A stretch of 64,000 nt of DNA from Patescibacteria group bacterium UBA3466 (GTDB lineage: Bacteria; Patescibacteriota; Minisyncoccia; Phycocordibacterales; UBA918): the NCBI GenBank assembly GCA_002378195.1, contig DFRJ01000001.1:161722-225721 (forward strand). The letters run 5' to 3'. The translations under genes and the position numbers were made by a program. The notes under the pieces are model-generated. The model searched no databases and was not told the DNA's origin. It saw only the letters and a program-made list of their open reading frames with translations. Below, one piece after another: positions 16,428 to 25,435 of the stretch (position 1 is its first letter; the number at the start of each line of letters is the position of its first letter).

Positions 16428-17558
16428 ATGGGGCGAGTATCGTTCTGTAGGGCTCTGGTAATGCTGGTACTGTTGGTGCCAGTTTGGGTGTCCGCTCAAA
16501 ACCTGCACCAAGACGTGCAAGAACGCTTAGCGGCTGAAGTGATTGAAATTGTAGATGAGCGAGAGCGAGAGATCACCGGTACCGATGCTATTGCGACCGT
16601 ACAAGAAGTGCGGGCGGTACTGCATTCGGGGGACCGGGCAGGGGAAGTGGTGCGCTTTGAAAGTGAGGCGGTTAGCCTCGAAAAAGGTGACGATATTTTT
16701 CTTAATCGAGTCGTTACTATAAATGGTGACGAGTATATTACCTTTGCCGATTTTGAGCGCCGGCCAGTCATATATATGTTGGCCGGACTGTTTGTGATGT
16801 TGCTGGTCGGCCTGTCTGGGTGGGGTGGTCTCAGAGCGCTGGCTTCTTTGGCGGGTAGTATTGCTGCCATAGTCTTTCTACTTATCCCTGCGCTCTTGGC
16901 CGGATACAACCCAGCTCTTACCAGTGTCCTGATTGCGGCCGTGATCATGGTATTTGTCTTGTTTGGTACACATGGGGTGAATCCGCGCACTATTATTGCT
17001 TTTGTAGGGACATATAGCGCGATTGCTGTTACCGGATTGATCGCCTTTTTGTCAGTGGATATGATGCGGCTAACTGGTTTTGGGAACGATGCTTCAGTTT
17101 ATTTAAATTTTGCCACCAATGGTCAGCTTGATTTGTCTGGGCTACTACTCGGCAGTGTGATTATCGGTATTTTGGGAGTGTTAGATGACGTGTCGATCAC
17201 GCAAGCCTCGGTGGTACAAGAGCTAAAACGCGCCAACCGCAACTTTAAATTCAACGAATTATATAAAAGAGCAATCGTGGTCGGGAAGGATCATATTGGT
17301 TCTTTAGTGAATACGCTCGCCTTGGCTTATGTGGGGGTGTCACTGCCACTTATATTATTGTATGCCAAGACTGACTCTAGTTTGATTACTAATCTCAACC
17401 AAGAGGTGGTGGCGGCAGAGATTGTGCGGATTATCATCGGCAGTATCGGGCTTTTGTTGGCTGTACCCGCTACCACCGCAGCGGCGGCTTGGTGGTTTAA
17501 TGATCGAGAGGTTGACGGAGACGTTGAAGCGGGGCATTGTCACCATCACCACCACTAA
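16428..17558 (+). CDS. YibE/F-family integral membrane protein with native C-terminal His-rich tail (GHCHHHHH)
   Basis: Signal/TM helix at N-terminus, a ~70-aa soluble segment, then ~8 TM helices as in the YibE/F family; last residues HCHHHHH. Alternative start at 16461. Confidence 0.55.
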   Translation: MGRVSFCRALVMLVLLVPVWVSAQNLHQDVQERLAAEVIEIVDEREREITGTDAIATVQEVRAVLHSGDRAGEVVRFESEAVSLEKGDDIFLNRVVTINGDEYITFADFERRPVIYMLAGLFVMLLVGLSGWGGLRALASLAGSIAAIVFLLIPALLAGYNPALTSVLIAAVIMVFVLFGTHGVNPRTIIAFVGTYSAIAVTGLIAFLSVDMMRLTGFGNDASVYLNFATNGQLDLSGLLLGSVIIGILGVLDDVSITQASVVQELKRANRNFKFNELYKRAIVVGKDHIGSLVNTLALAYVGVSLPLILLYAKTDSSLITNLNQEVVAAEIVRIIIGSIGLLLAVPATTAAAAWWFNDREVDGDVEAGHCHHHHH

Positions 17559-17602
17559 TAAGCTATACTTTCAGTGAATTTATTATTTTATAGTTTTTAA
17601 GT

Positions 17603-17998
17603 ATGAAGTCATTTGTTGAAGAATTTAAGGCTTTTGCCATGAAAGGAAACGTTATCGATCTAGCGGTTGCGGTTGTGATCGGTGCGGCGTTTGGCAAGAT
17701 CGTGTCGGCTTTGGTAGACAACATCATCATGCCACTTATCGGTATATTGATGGGAGGAGTAAATTTCTCTGGTCTGACTGCCAATGTCGGGGAAGCAGTG
17801 ATTACCTACGGGGTATTTATTCAAGCGGTGATCGATTTCCTAATTGTAGCGCTAGTTATCTTTATGATTATTAAGGGAATCAATAAAGCGCAAGATGCAG
17901 TTGATGGAGATGATGAAGAAGAAGCACCCGCTGCTCCTCCAGAGCCGTCAGAAGAAGTGAAGTTACTGCGTGAAATCCGCGATGGGTTAAGAAGATAA
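17603..17998 (+). CDS. mscL: Large-conductance mechanosensitive channel
   Basis: [47 protein letters not shown] is the canonical MscL N-terminus and TM1. Confidence 0.9.
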   Translation: MKSFVEEFKAFAMKGNVIDLAVAVVIGAAFGKIVSALVDNIIMPLIGILMGGVNFSGLTANVGEAVITYGVFIQAVIDFLIVALVIFMIIKGINKAQDAVDGDDEEEAPAAPPEPSEEVKLLREIRDGLRR

Positions 17999-18009
17999 GT
18001 TCTTCACAC

Positions 18010-18036
18010 AAAAAACACCCCGTCGGGGTGTTTTTT
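18010..18036 (+). terminator. Rho-independent terminator
   Basis: aaaaacaccccg-tc-ggggtgttttttg. Confidence 0.8.
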
Positions 18037-18232
18037 GTTGCGCTGTCAAGAAAAACACGTACAAGAATATAAAAATAAAACCTTGTATATATTGGCAAAA
18101 TCTAAAATTTGAATCGTAATTTCGCTACTCAGTAGTTATCCACAGGTTTGAGGGCACTAAGTACAGGATATCCTTATTTATAGAGCTGCACTCGATCACG
18201 CCTAATTCTGGAAAATGGTAGTATTTATTTAT

Positions 18233-18251
18233 CACACGAAGTAGTCGTGTG
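18233..18251. promoter_or_regulatory. Palindromic hairpin cacacga-agtag-tcgtgtg upstream of nrdB (candidate operator, NrdR-box-like spacing off by 1)
   Basis: ACAC-N9-GTGT palindrome ~200 nt upstream of the nrdB start. Confidence 0.25.
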
Positions 18252-18457
18252 TCGGGGGTATGACACACGCTCCTCTCTCTTCAGAAGAGCAGAGCATCAT
18301 TTTTTTAAATGGTGGTGTGTTTGTCGCGGCCTAGTTTGCGCCTAGACCTAATTGCACTAAAATAGTTTCACCAATCTAATTTAGTATCTTCCACCAATTA
18401 CGTCTGCACGCAAGCACCAAAGTCATTTACTCATAATCCAATTATTTAGAGACTTAC

Positions 18458-19771
18458 ATGGAAATCCAAAGCATCAGAAAGAGGGACGGTTCAATCCAAT
18501 CGTTCGATATCAGCAAGATCACCAACGCCGTTGCTAAGGCATTGGCCGAAACCGGGGAAGGAGATCGAGCTGCTGCTGAAGCTGTCGCGGAGCTAGCCCA
18601 TCAAAAAGTTGTCGCCATGTGTGTGCAGGCAGGTACTGCCACCGACGACGACCCAGTATCACAAAAATGTATTGACGGTAATCCAACCGTGGAAGAAATT
18701 CAGGACTTAGTAGAGCAGGCCCTGATGGAGAAGGATTATTACAATACAGCCAAGGAATACATTATTTATCGTAACGCTCGACGCAAACTGCGGGAACGAG
18801 ATATTTTCGCTAAGCGAACAGCCTTCAAGCCTTACGAATACCCAGAGCTATACGAGTACACAGACGCAGTGCGCCACTCATACTGGGTGCACACCGAGTT
18901 CAACTTCACTTCAGACGTACAAGACTTTCACATCAACGTAAACGACGTAGAGCGTTCGGCTATCAAAAACTCCATGCTTGCTATCGCTCAGATTGAGGTA
19001 GCGGTGAAAACTTTCTGGGGAGACATTTACAAGAAAATGCCAAAGGCAGAGATCGGAGCGGTCGGCGCTACTTTCGCGGAATCAGAAGTGCGGCATGCCG
19101 ACGCTTACGCACACTTGCTAGAAATCCTTGGACTCAATGAAGAATTTAATAAGATCAAAGATATTCCAGTGATTCAAAAGCGAATGGCATACCTGGAAGA
19201 AGTGATTGATCTGTCGCGGACGCAAGAAAATCGTGACTACTTCAAGTCAGTAATGCTTTTCTCATTGTTTGTTGAGCACGTGTCACTATTCTCACAATTC
19301 TTGGTGATGATGTCATTTAATAAGCACCGAAATCTATTCAAGGGAATTTCAAACGCAGTTGAGGCAACTTCAAAGGAAGAAAACTTACACGGCATGTTTG
19401 GTATTGATGTGATAAATATCATCAAGGAAGAACATCCAGAATGGTTTGATGCTGAATGTAGAGAGGGAATTATTCAGGCGTGTGAGGAAGCTTACGAAGC
19501 CGAAGCTGAGATCGTAGACTGGATCTTTGAAGCTGGAGAGTTAGACTTTTTGCCATCACAAAACGTTAAAGAATTCATCAAGCATCGCTTCAACAATTCT
19601 TTGGTTGCGATTGGTTTGACTCGACACTTTGAGGTGTCCGAAGCGCTCTTGGAAGAAACTGATTGGTTCGACAACGAAGTTATTGCCACTAAGCACGTAG
19701 ACTTCTTTAACAAGCGATCGATCAACTACAACAAGCGATCTTCTTCTGTAACTTCTGACGATCTCTTCTAA
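18458..19771 (+). CDS. nrdB: Ribonucleotide reductase class I beta subunit (R2) with N-terminal ATP-cone domain
   Basis: N-terminus IRKRDGSIQSFDISKITNAVAKAL is an ATP-cone. It is followed by a ferritin-like R2 fold with iron ligands (EVRHADAYAHLLE, FSLFVEHVSLFSQF, EENLHG) and a C-terminal tail. Confidence 0.85.
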   Translation: MEIQSIRKRDGSIQSFDISKITNAVAKALAETGEGDRAAAEAVAELAHQKVVAMCVQAGTATDDDPVSQKCIDGNPTVEEIQDLVEQALMEKDYYNTAKEYIIYRNARRKLRERDIFAKRTAFKPYEYPELYEYTDAVRHSYWVHTEFNFTSDVQDFHINVNDVERSAIKNSMLAIAQIEVAVKTFWGDIYKKMPKAEIGAVGATFAESEVRHADAYAHLLEILGLNEEFNKIKDIPVIQKRMAYLEEVIDLSRTQENRDYFKSVMLFSLFVEHVSLFSQFLVMMSFNKHRNLFKGISNAVEATSKEENLHGMFGIDVINIIKEEHPEWFDAECREGIIQACEEAYEAEAEIVDWIFEAGELDFLPSQNVKEFIKHRFNNSLVAIGLTRHFEVSEALLEETDWFDNEVIATKHVDFFNKRSINYNKRSSSVTSDDLF

Positions 19772-19872
19772 ACCACCATTTGCCTCGAACTGGGAGATTT
19801 TAAAGAGAAATCGCCCAAGTATTAAATTGGTGTATAATAGCGAAAATTATAAACGCATAATCACAGTAATCT

Positions 19873-21552
19873 ATGGAACCCTGGTACTGGCTGAACGAAA
19901 ATAGTCGCGCGTTTCTGGCCCGAGGATATCTTGGCGAAGAACAAACCGCCGAAGAACGTATTCGTGTCATCGCTGACACAGCAGAAAAATATCTAAAACG
20001 AGACGGCTTCTCAGACAAGTTTTATGAGTATATGTCCAAAGGTTGGATCTCACTGTCTTCACCGGTGTGGTCAAATTTTGGCATTAGCAAGGGCCTGCCA
20101 ATTAGCTGTTTCGGTTCTTACGCTGCCGACAATATGGCCAGCATCCTACACACCAACGGGGAAGTGGGGATGATGAGCAAGTTCGGTGGTGGTTGTTCAG
20201 GCTACTTTGGTGCACTCCGAGCTCGTGGAGCGTCTATCTCAGATAACAACGGCTATTCTTCTGGGTCGGTTCACTTTATGCAGCTGTTCGAAACCTTGGT
20301 GGATGTGGTCTCGCAAGGTTCAGTGCGACGCGGGCATTTCTCACCGTATCTACCGGCCGAACATGATGATGTCATGGAATTCCTCGACATCGGGACTGAA
20401 GGGAACCCGATCCAAAAGCTCACGCACGGGGTGACTGTTGGCGATGAATGGATGGAGTCAATGATCGAAGGCGACGAAGCCAAGCGAAAGATTTGGGCAC
20501 GCATCATTCAGCGGCGGGGAGAAATGGGTTATCCGTACATCATGTTTAATGATACAGCTAACAAAAACACCGTTGACGCCTACAAAGATAAAGACCTCAC
20601 TATTTATGCCAGTAACATGTGTAGTGAGATCATGCTGCCAAGTAAAGAAGACTGGTCATTTGTTTGCTGCTTGTCTTCAGTCAACTTGCTACACTACGAT
20701 GACTGGAAGGATACCGATCTAATCGAGACAATGACCGCTTTTCTAGATGCAGTGATGGAAGATTTCATCGTGAAGTTGGAAGAAATGCGAGATCACGAAG
20801 ATTCAGAAAAACAAGCAGCATTTCGATTTATGGAGCGAGCGTACAACTTCGCTAAAGCCAATAGAGCTCTCGGCTTGGGTGTCCTTGGATACCACTCTCT
20901 ACTACAGGCAAAGAATTTGCCTTTTGAAAGCGACGAAGCAGCTGCTCTCAACACCGAAGTATTCAAATTAATGAAAGAAAAAGCTTATGCTGAGTCGGAA
21001 GTATTGGCTAAGGAGCTTGGTGAACCTGAAGTGCTAGAAGGTTATGGGCGTCGAAACACAACGCTACTGGCTATTGCTCCAACCACTTCATCAGCCTTTA
21101 TTTTGGGGCAAGTGTCTCAAGGGATTGAGCCGATTTGGTCAAACTGCTACATCAAAGATGTGGCTAAGATGAAGGTGACCATTAAGAACCCGACCCTCAA
21201 GAAGCTTTTGGAAGAGAAGGGAGAGGACACAAAAACTACGTGGGACAGCATCCGCGATAATGACGGGTCAGTACAGCACCTAGATTGTTTGTCAGACGAA
21301 GAAAAGGCTATCTTCCGGACTTTTGCTGAAATCGATCAAGCTACTCTCATTGAACAAGCTGGAGAACGACAGAAGTATATCGATCAGGGTCAGTCACTTA
21401 ATGTGATGGTGGCGCCTGATACTCCGGTAAAGGAAATCAATCAGCTATACATCAAAGCTTGGAAGGAAGGAGTGAAATCTCTCTATTACCAACACAGTAT
21501 GAACGCCGCACAGCAATTGGTAAGAAAGAAGCTGACAGAAGGAGGTAAGTAG
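19873..21552 (+). CDS. nrdA: Ribonucleotide reductase class I alpha subunit (R1), short form lacking ATP-cone and C-terminal redox cysteines
   Basis: Active-site blocks ISCFGSY, NMCSEIMLPSK (Cys/Glu), FVCCLSSVNL and the radical-path tyrosines SLYYQHS. 559 aa, ending ...LTEGGK with no Cys. Confidence 0.85.
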   Translation: MEPWYWLNENSRAFLARGYLGEEQTAEERIRVIADTAEKYLKRDGFSDKFYEYMSKGWISLSSPVWSNFGISKGLPISCFGSYAADNMASILHTNGEVGMMSKFGGGCSGYFGALRARGASISDNNGYSSGSVHFMQLFETLVDVVSQGSVRRGHFSPYLPAEHDDVMEFLDIGTEGNPIQKLTHGVTVGDEWMESMIEGDEAKRKIWARIIQRRGEMGYPYIMFNDTANKNTVDAYKDKDLTIYASNMCSEIMLPSKEDWSFVCCLSSVNLLHYDDWKDTDLIETMTAFLDAVMEDFIVKLEEMRDHEDSEKQAAFRFMERAYNFAKANRALGLGVLGYHSLLQAKNLPFESDEAAALNTEVFKLMKEKAYAESEVLAKELGEPEVLEGYGRRNTTLLAIAPTTSSAFILGQVSQGIEPIWSNCYIKDVAKMKVTIKNPTLKKLLEEKGEDTKTTWDSIRDNDGSVQHLDCLSDEEKAIFRTFAEIDQATLIEQAGERQKYIDQGQSLNVMVAPDTPVKEINQLYIKAWKEGVKSLYYQHSMNAAQQLVRKKLTEGGK

Positions 21553-21571
21553 ATTAATTGAAGTGGATTTA

Positions 21572-21604
21572 GAAAGACGGCGCCCTGCGGGCGCCGTCTT
21601 TCTA
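21572..21604 (+). terminator. Rho-independent terminator (GC-clamp family variant: gaaagacggcgccc-tgc-gggcgccgtctttc)
   Basis: Perfect GC-rich stem after nrdA. Confidence 0.75.
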
Positions 21605-21705
21605 ACTGTGTAAATCTGCCACTTGCAGACCTAGAAGTAGGGTATAGTTAAGATACGTGAGAGCTTCAGCTCTTGCGGACATATTTTTATATGAGGTTCG
21701 CCTCT

Positions 21706-21768
21706 ACAAACGGCGCCCTGCCAGGGACTACGTATCGCGACTACGCAGTCCCCGCTGGGCGCCGTTTG
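21706..21768 (+). other. Long compound hairpin: 13-bp outer stem (acaaacggcgccc/gggcgccgtttgt) enclosing ~37 nt with internal ctacg repeats
   Basis: Outer arms are perfectly complementary; the inner segment is tgccagggactacgtatcgcgactacgcagtccccgct. Confidence 0.5.
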
Positions 21769-21803
21769 TGTTGTTGGCTCTGGTATGATATTCCATATAT
21801 TCT

Positions 21804-22748
21804 ATGAAGAGTTTATTGCTGAGCTTATTAATACTATCTTCAGTGGCCAGTACCACGTATTGGTATCAGTCCACCGCGCAAGAGTGTCCAACCCCTTTAT
21901 ATTATCGATTGGGAGAATTGGATGCGTCTTTTGACCTGTCTCCCGAAGCTGCAAAGCAATACGTGGCTGAAGCCGAAGCGTATTGGGAGAATATCACCCG
22001 TCGTGATTTGTTCGTTTATGATGATACGGCAGATTTTACCGTCAATTTTATTTTTGATGATCGGCAAGAGTTTGCCAATGAAGAAGAAAATTTGCAGGCT
22101 AAGTTAGATGACCAGCGTACAGAGAGTGAACAGATCAAGGAAGTGATTGAAGGTCTTCAAGAAGACTATGATGAGCTAGCCGCTGCCTATGAGACCAGGG
22201 TGTCTAATTATGAATCTAGACTAAGTGCATACAATGCTGAGGTAAATAAATATAACGACCGTGGGGGTGCCCCCGCTGAAGTGTTTTCCCAGCTAGAAGA
22301 TGAGCGGACGGAGCTAAATCAAATAGCAGAGTCATTGAGTAATACGGCCACCGAATTAAATGATTTTGCAGCGCGTATTAATGAACTGGGGGAGCGAGGT
22401 AATCGTATTGTTGAAGATTTCAATCATAATGTAGATCTGTATAACGATCGATTTGTGACTGAAGAAGAATTCACTCAGGGTGACTATACTGGCAGCGCGA
22501 TCAATATTTATAAATTCTCCAATGATAACGAACTGATGACCGTGCTCGGTCACGAACTGGGACATGCTCTCGGAATTGGTCACGTTGATGAGCCAGGATC
22601 AGTCATGTACTATTTATTAGGTGACACCAGTCGCCGCACCCCATTGTCAGAGTCTGATATCGAAGCGTACTACAGCGTGTGTGGTCAGACGGAAAGTTTG
22701 GAACAGCGAGCTCGAGCCTATATTAGAAGCCTCTTAAAATTATTTTAA
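21804..22748 (+). CDS. Secreted zinc metalloprotease-like protein (zincin HExxHxxGxxH) with coiled-coil insert
   Basis: Signal peptide MKSLLLSLLILSSVAS; HELGHALGIGH metzincin-type motif near the C-terminus; a ~130-aa E/Q/A-rich heptad-like segment in the middle. Confidence 0.55.
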   Translation: MKSLLLSLLILSSVASTTYWYQSTAQECPTPLYYRLGELDASFDLSPEAAKQYVAEAEAYWENITRRDLFVYDDTADFTVNFIFDDRQEFANEEENLQAKLDDQRTESEQIKEVIEGLQEDYDELAAAYETRVSNYESRLSAYNAEVNKYNDRGGAPAEVFSQLEDERTELNQIAESLSNTATELNDFAARINELGERGNRIVEDFNHNVDLYNDRFVTEEEFTQGDYTGSAINIYKFSNDNELMTVLGHELGHALGIGHVDEPGSVMYYLLGDTSRRTPLSESDIEAYYSVCGQTESLEQRARAYIRSLLKLF

Positions 22749-22752
22749 ATTT

Positions 22753-23547
22753 ATGGAATCAGGATTATTTAGTAACCAATTAAACAAAACTCTCGGGGCA
22801 GCCATGCTGGGCAGCGCCACTCTAGCATTATTGGCATTTGCTTTTGTGACGGTGCAGCAGAGCGACTTAGTTAATGATGCTTTTCCCACCACCATTTCTG
22901 TTAACGGAGAAGGTGAGGTATTAGCGGTACCAGATATTGGGCAATTCTCCTTTTCGGTGAATGCCGAAGGTAAAGATGCGGCGATGGCACAAGAAGAATC
23001 AGGTACAAAAATTAATGACATCATCGCATACCTTAAAGAGCAGGGTATAGATGAAAAGGATATTAAGACACAAAACTACAACCTGTATCCAAAATGGACT
23101 TATCAGCAGCCCGAAACTTGCCCTATTGGTTCGTATTGTCCAGGCGAACGAGTGCAAGACGGTTTTGAAGTCACTCAATCTGTTTCAGTTAAGGTGCGGG
23201 ACACTGATAAAGCTGGAGCTATTATCGCCGGAGTGGGTGAGCGTGGCGCGACCAACATTAGTAGCTTGAATTTCACGATCGATGATGTCGACGCTCTGCG
23301 TGAGGAAGCACGAGAGTTGGCGATCGAAGATGCTAAAGACAAGGCGAAGATATTAGCTGATCAGCTGGGAGTAGATATTGTCCGATTGTCTGGCTTTTAT
23401 GAAGGGGGAGACTTCTATGACCCGTTTTTCTACGAAGCGCGGGCTATGTCTATGGACATGGAAGAGTCGGGATTTGGAGGAGCGGACCTGCCAATGGGAG
23501 AAGAGAGTACGACAGTTTCGGTTGAACTCATCTACGAAGTTAAGTAA
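22753..23547 (+). CDS. SIMPL-domain (DUF541) periplasmic/membrane-anchored protein
   Basis: TM anchor followed by ISVNGEGEVLAVPDIGQFSFSV..., typical of the SIMPL/YggE family. Confidence 0.7.
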   Translation: MESGLFSNQLNKTLGAAMLGSATLALLAFAFVTVQQSDLVNDAFPTTISVNGEGEVLAVPDIGQFSFSVNAEGKDAAMAQEESGTKINDIIAYLKEQGIDEKDIKTQNYNLYPKWTYQQPETCPIGSYCPGERVQDGFEVTQSVSVKVRDTDKAGAIIAGVGERGATNISSLNFTIDDVDALREEARELAIEDAKDKAKILADQLGVDIVRLSGFYEGGDFYDPFFYEARAMSMDMEESGFGGADLPMGEESTTVSVELIYEVK

Positions 23548-23556
23548 ATTCATTCT

Positions 23557-23590
23557 AAAAAGCCGGCGCCCGAAGGGCGCCGGCTCTTTA
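23557..23590 (+). terminator. Rho-independent terminator (GC-clamp family: aaaaagccggcgccc-gaa-gggcgccggctcttt)
   Basis: Same stem sequence as the terminators at 6376, 24526 and 25436. Confidence 0.8.
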
Positions 23591-23658
23591 CTTTCTCAAA
23601 ATTAGGAGTACTATAGAGCGTAATCAAAGCCCGGAGGGCTTTTTTAATTGCAAACATC

Positions 23659-23847
23659 ATGGACAAATTTTCAAAATATATCACCGATACCATGGCCGAG
23701 CTTAAGCAAGTGTCATGGCCGTCACAACACCAGGCGCTAATGTATACCGCTTTAGTAATCGCTATTTCCGTAATCGTGGCACTTTTCTTAGGTGCTTTCG
23801 ACTTCGTGTTTGGTGAATTTATCAAGTCAATCGTAAATAGCTACTAA
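23659..23847 (+). CDS. secE: Preprotein translocase subunit SecE
   Basis: 62 aa, single TM helix, KYITDTMAELKQVSWPS matches SecE; directly upstream of nusG as in the conserved secE-nusG-rplK arrangement. Confidence 0.85.
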   Translation: MDKFSKYITDTMAELKQVSWPSQHQALMYTALVIAISVIVALFLGAFDFVFGEFIKSIVNSY

Positions 23848-23849
23848 TT

Positions 23850-24395
23850 ATGGCTAAGCAACAAGGAACTGGTGAACGACACTGGTACGCAATTCATACC
23901 TATTCTGGATATGAGAATGCCGTGACACGTAACCTAAAGCAACGAATCGACTCGCTCAACATGAACGACAAAATTTTTGACGTGGTTGTTCCAACTGAAA
24001 AGAAGATTCGAGTGAAGGGAGGTAAGCGAGTAACGGAAGAAGAGAGAATCTATCCAGGGTACGTTTTGGTGGACATGATTGTAGACGATGAGTCTTGGTT
24101 TGTGGTGCGAAATACTCCACGAGTAACTGGTTTTGTCGGTAGCGGTACTCAGCCAGTACCTCTGTCTGAGGCAGAATACAATTCACTGATGAAGCAAATG
24201 TCTTCAGAAACTGTGAAGCACAAAGTTGATTTCAGTACTGGTGACATGGTCATCATTGCCGACGGTCCATTTAAAGATCTGGAAGGAAAGATCGGGGAAG
24301 TGGATGAGGCTAGTGGAAAGATCAAGGTGATGGTGAGTATGTTTGGTCGAGAGACTCCAGTAGAACTCGATTTCCTACAAGTTAAGAAGATTTAA
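23850..24395 (+). CDS. nusG: Transcription termination/antitermination factor NusG
   Basis: N-terminal NGN domain (HWYAIHTYSGYENAV) and C-terminal KOW domain (GDMVIIADGPFKDLEGKIGEVD). Confidence 0.9.
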   Translation: MAKQQGTGERHWYAIHTYSGYENAVTRNLKQRIDSLNMNDKIFDVVVPTEKKIRVKGGKRVTEEERIYPGYVLVDMIVDDESWFVVRNTPRVTGFVGSGTQPVPLSEAEYNSLMKQMSSETVKHKVDFSTGDMVIIADGPFKDLEGKIGEVDEASGKIKVMVSMFGRETPVELDFLQVKKI

Positions 24396-24433
24396 GGAGC
24401 GGGAGCGACTATAAATTTCTTATGCAGGCGCTT

Positions 24434-24472
24434 GGCCACGATTCAGGACCAGACCTAGTCCTGAATCTGGCC
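24434..24472 (+). other. Long hairpin ggcca-c-gattcaggac...gtcctgaatc-tggcc in the nusG-rplK intergenic region
   Basis: 15 bp of pairing with a single bulge. Confidence 0.5.
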
Positions 24473-24525
24473 GCAGCGAGCTGCTAAAAAGGTCTAAATT
24501 GGCGAATAACTTTGTCGCTACGATA

Positions 24526-24556
24526 AAAAGCCGGCGCCCTTCGGGCGCCGGCTTTG
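24526..24556 (+). terminator. Rho-independent terminator (GC-clamp family: aaaaagccggcgccc-ttc-gggcgccggctttg)
   Basis: Identical stem to the 25436 terminator. Confidence 0.75.
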
Positions 24557-24564
24557 CTATTATT

Positions 24565-24882
24565 ATGAATATGAAAAATTCAGACAAAGTGACAAAGAAA
24601 ATAACCGCGGCCGTAACCGAAACAGTTGTAGAGGTAGATAAGGTGGTCGACCAGGCAGAAGCAGATCTTGATAAGGCAATTGATCCGGTGCGAAAAAAGG
24701 CGATCAAAAGATTTCCTACACTTTTTCTCTTGGTGGTCACTTTTGGAGCCACTGCAGTGATTACCGGCTTTGAGCAACTTTTGTTTAAGTACGATGTTTT
24801 ATTAGAACGCCCTTGGATAATACTTGCCATCGGGATCATCACTTTAGTCCTAACTGGAAAACTGTACAAAAAGCTCGATTAA
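24565..24882 (+). CDS. Small two-TM membrane protein inserted between nusG and rplK
   Basis: 105-aa ORF starting MNMKNSDK just after the terminator; two predicted TM helices. Confidence 0.45.
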   Translation: MNMKNSDKVTKKITAAVTETVVEVDKVVDQAEADLDKAIDPVRKKAIKRFPTLFLLVVTFGATAVITGFEQLLFKYDVLLERPWIILAIGIITLVLTGKLYKKLD

Positions 24883-24993
24883 CCAGGTATTAGCGCTTGC
24901 CTTTTAGTTATATTTCTTGTACATTATCGAGGCTTCTAACGGTGCTGGTGGCTATGGAACGCCCCACCTAAACAGTTTTTAACTTAAATTAAG

Positions 24994-25419
24994 ATGGCAA
25001 AAGAATTAATCAATCAAGTAAAAGTACAAGCGATCGGTGGTAAAGCTACGCCAGCTCCACCACTTGGTCCGGTACTAGGACAAGCTGGAATCAACATCGG
25101 TGAATTCGTAAACCAATTCAACGAACAAACCCGTGAACGAATGGGGGAGGTGGTACCAGTGGTGATCAATGTTTACGATGACCGAAGTTTCGACTTTATC
25201 GTAAAGGTGTCACCAATGTCACGCTTGATTCTAAAAAAGATCAACAAGCCTAAAGGATCAGGTAAGAATCTTGTATCAAAAGCTGGAACTATCACTAAGG
25301 CTCAGGTACGAGAAGTAGCAGAAGAAAAGATGCCAGATCTGAACGCAGCTTCAATCGAAGCAGCGATGAAGATCGTAGAAGGATCTTGCTACTCAATGGG
25401 TATTGAGGTAACTGATTAG
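24994..25419 (+). CDS. rplK: Ribosomal protein L11
   Basis: MAKELINQVKVQAIGGKATPAPPLGPVLGQAGINIGEFV is canonical L11. Confidence 0.95.
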   Translation: MAKELINQVKVQAIGGKATPAPPLGPVLGQAGINIGEFVNQFNEQTRERMGEVVPVVINVYDDRSFDFIVKVSPMSRLILKKINKPKGSGKNLVSKAGTITKAQVREVAEEKMPDLNAASIEAAMKIVEGSCYSMGIEVTD

Positions 25420-25435
25420 GTACCAATATTGATGA

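Noticed and set aside
18233-18251. NrdR box
   Set aside because: Spacing is ACAC-N9-GTGT (17 bp) rather than the 16-bp consensus, only one copy was found, and no nrdR gene is present in the window; it is listed only as a low-confidence regulatory hairpin.
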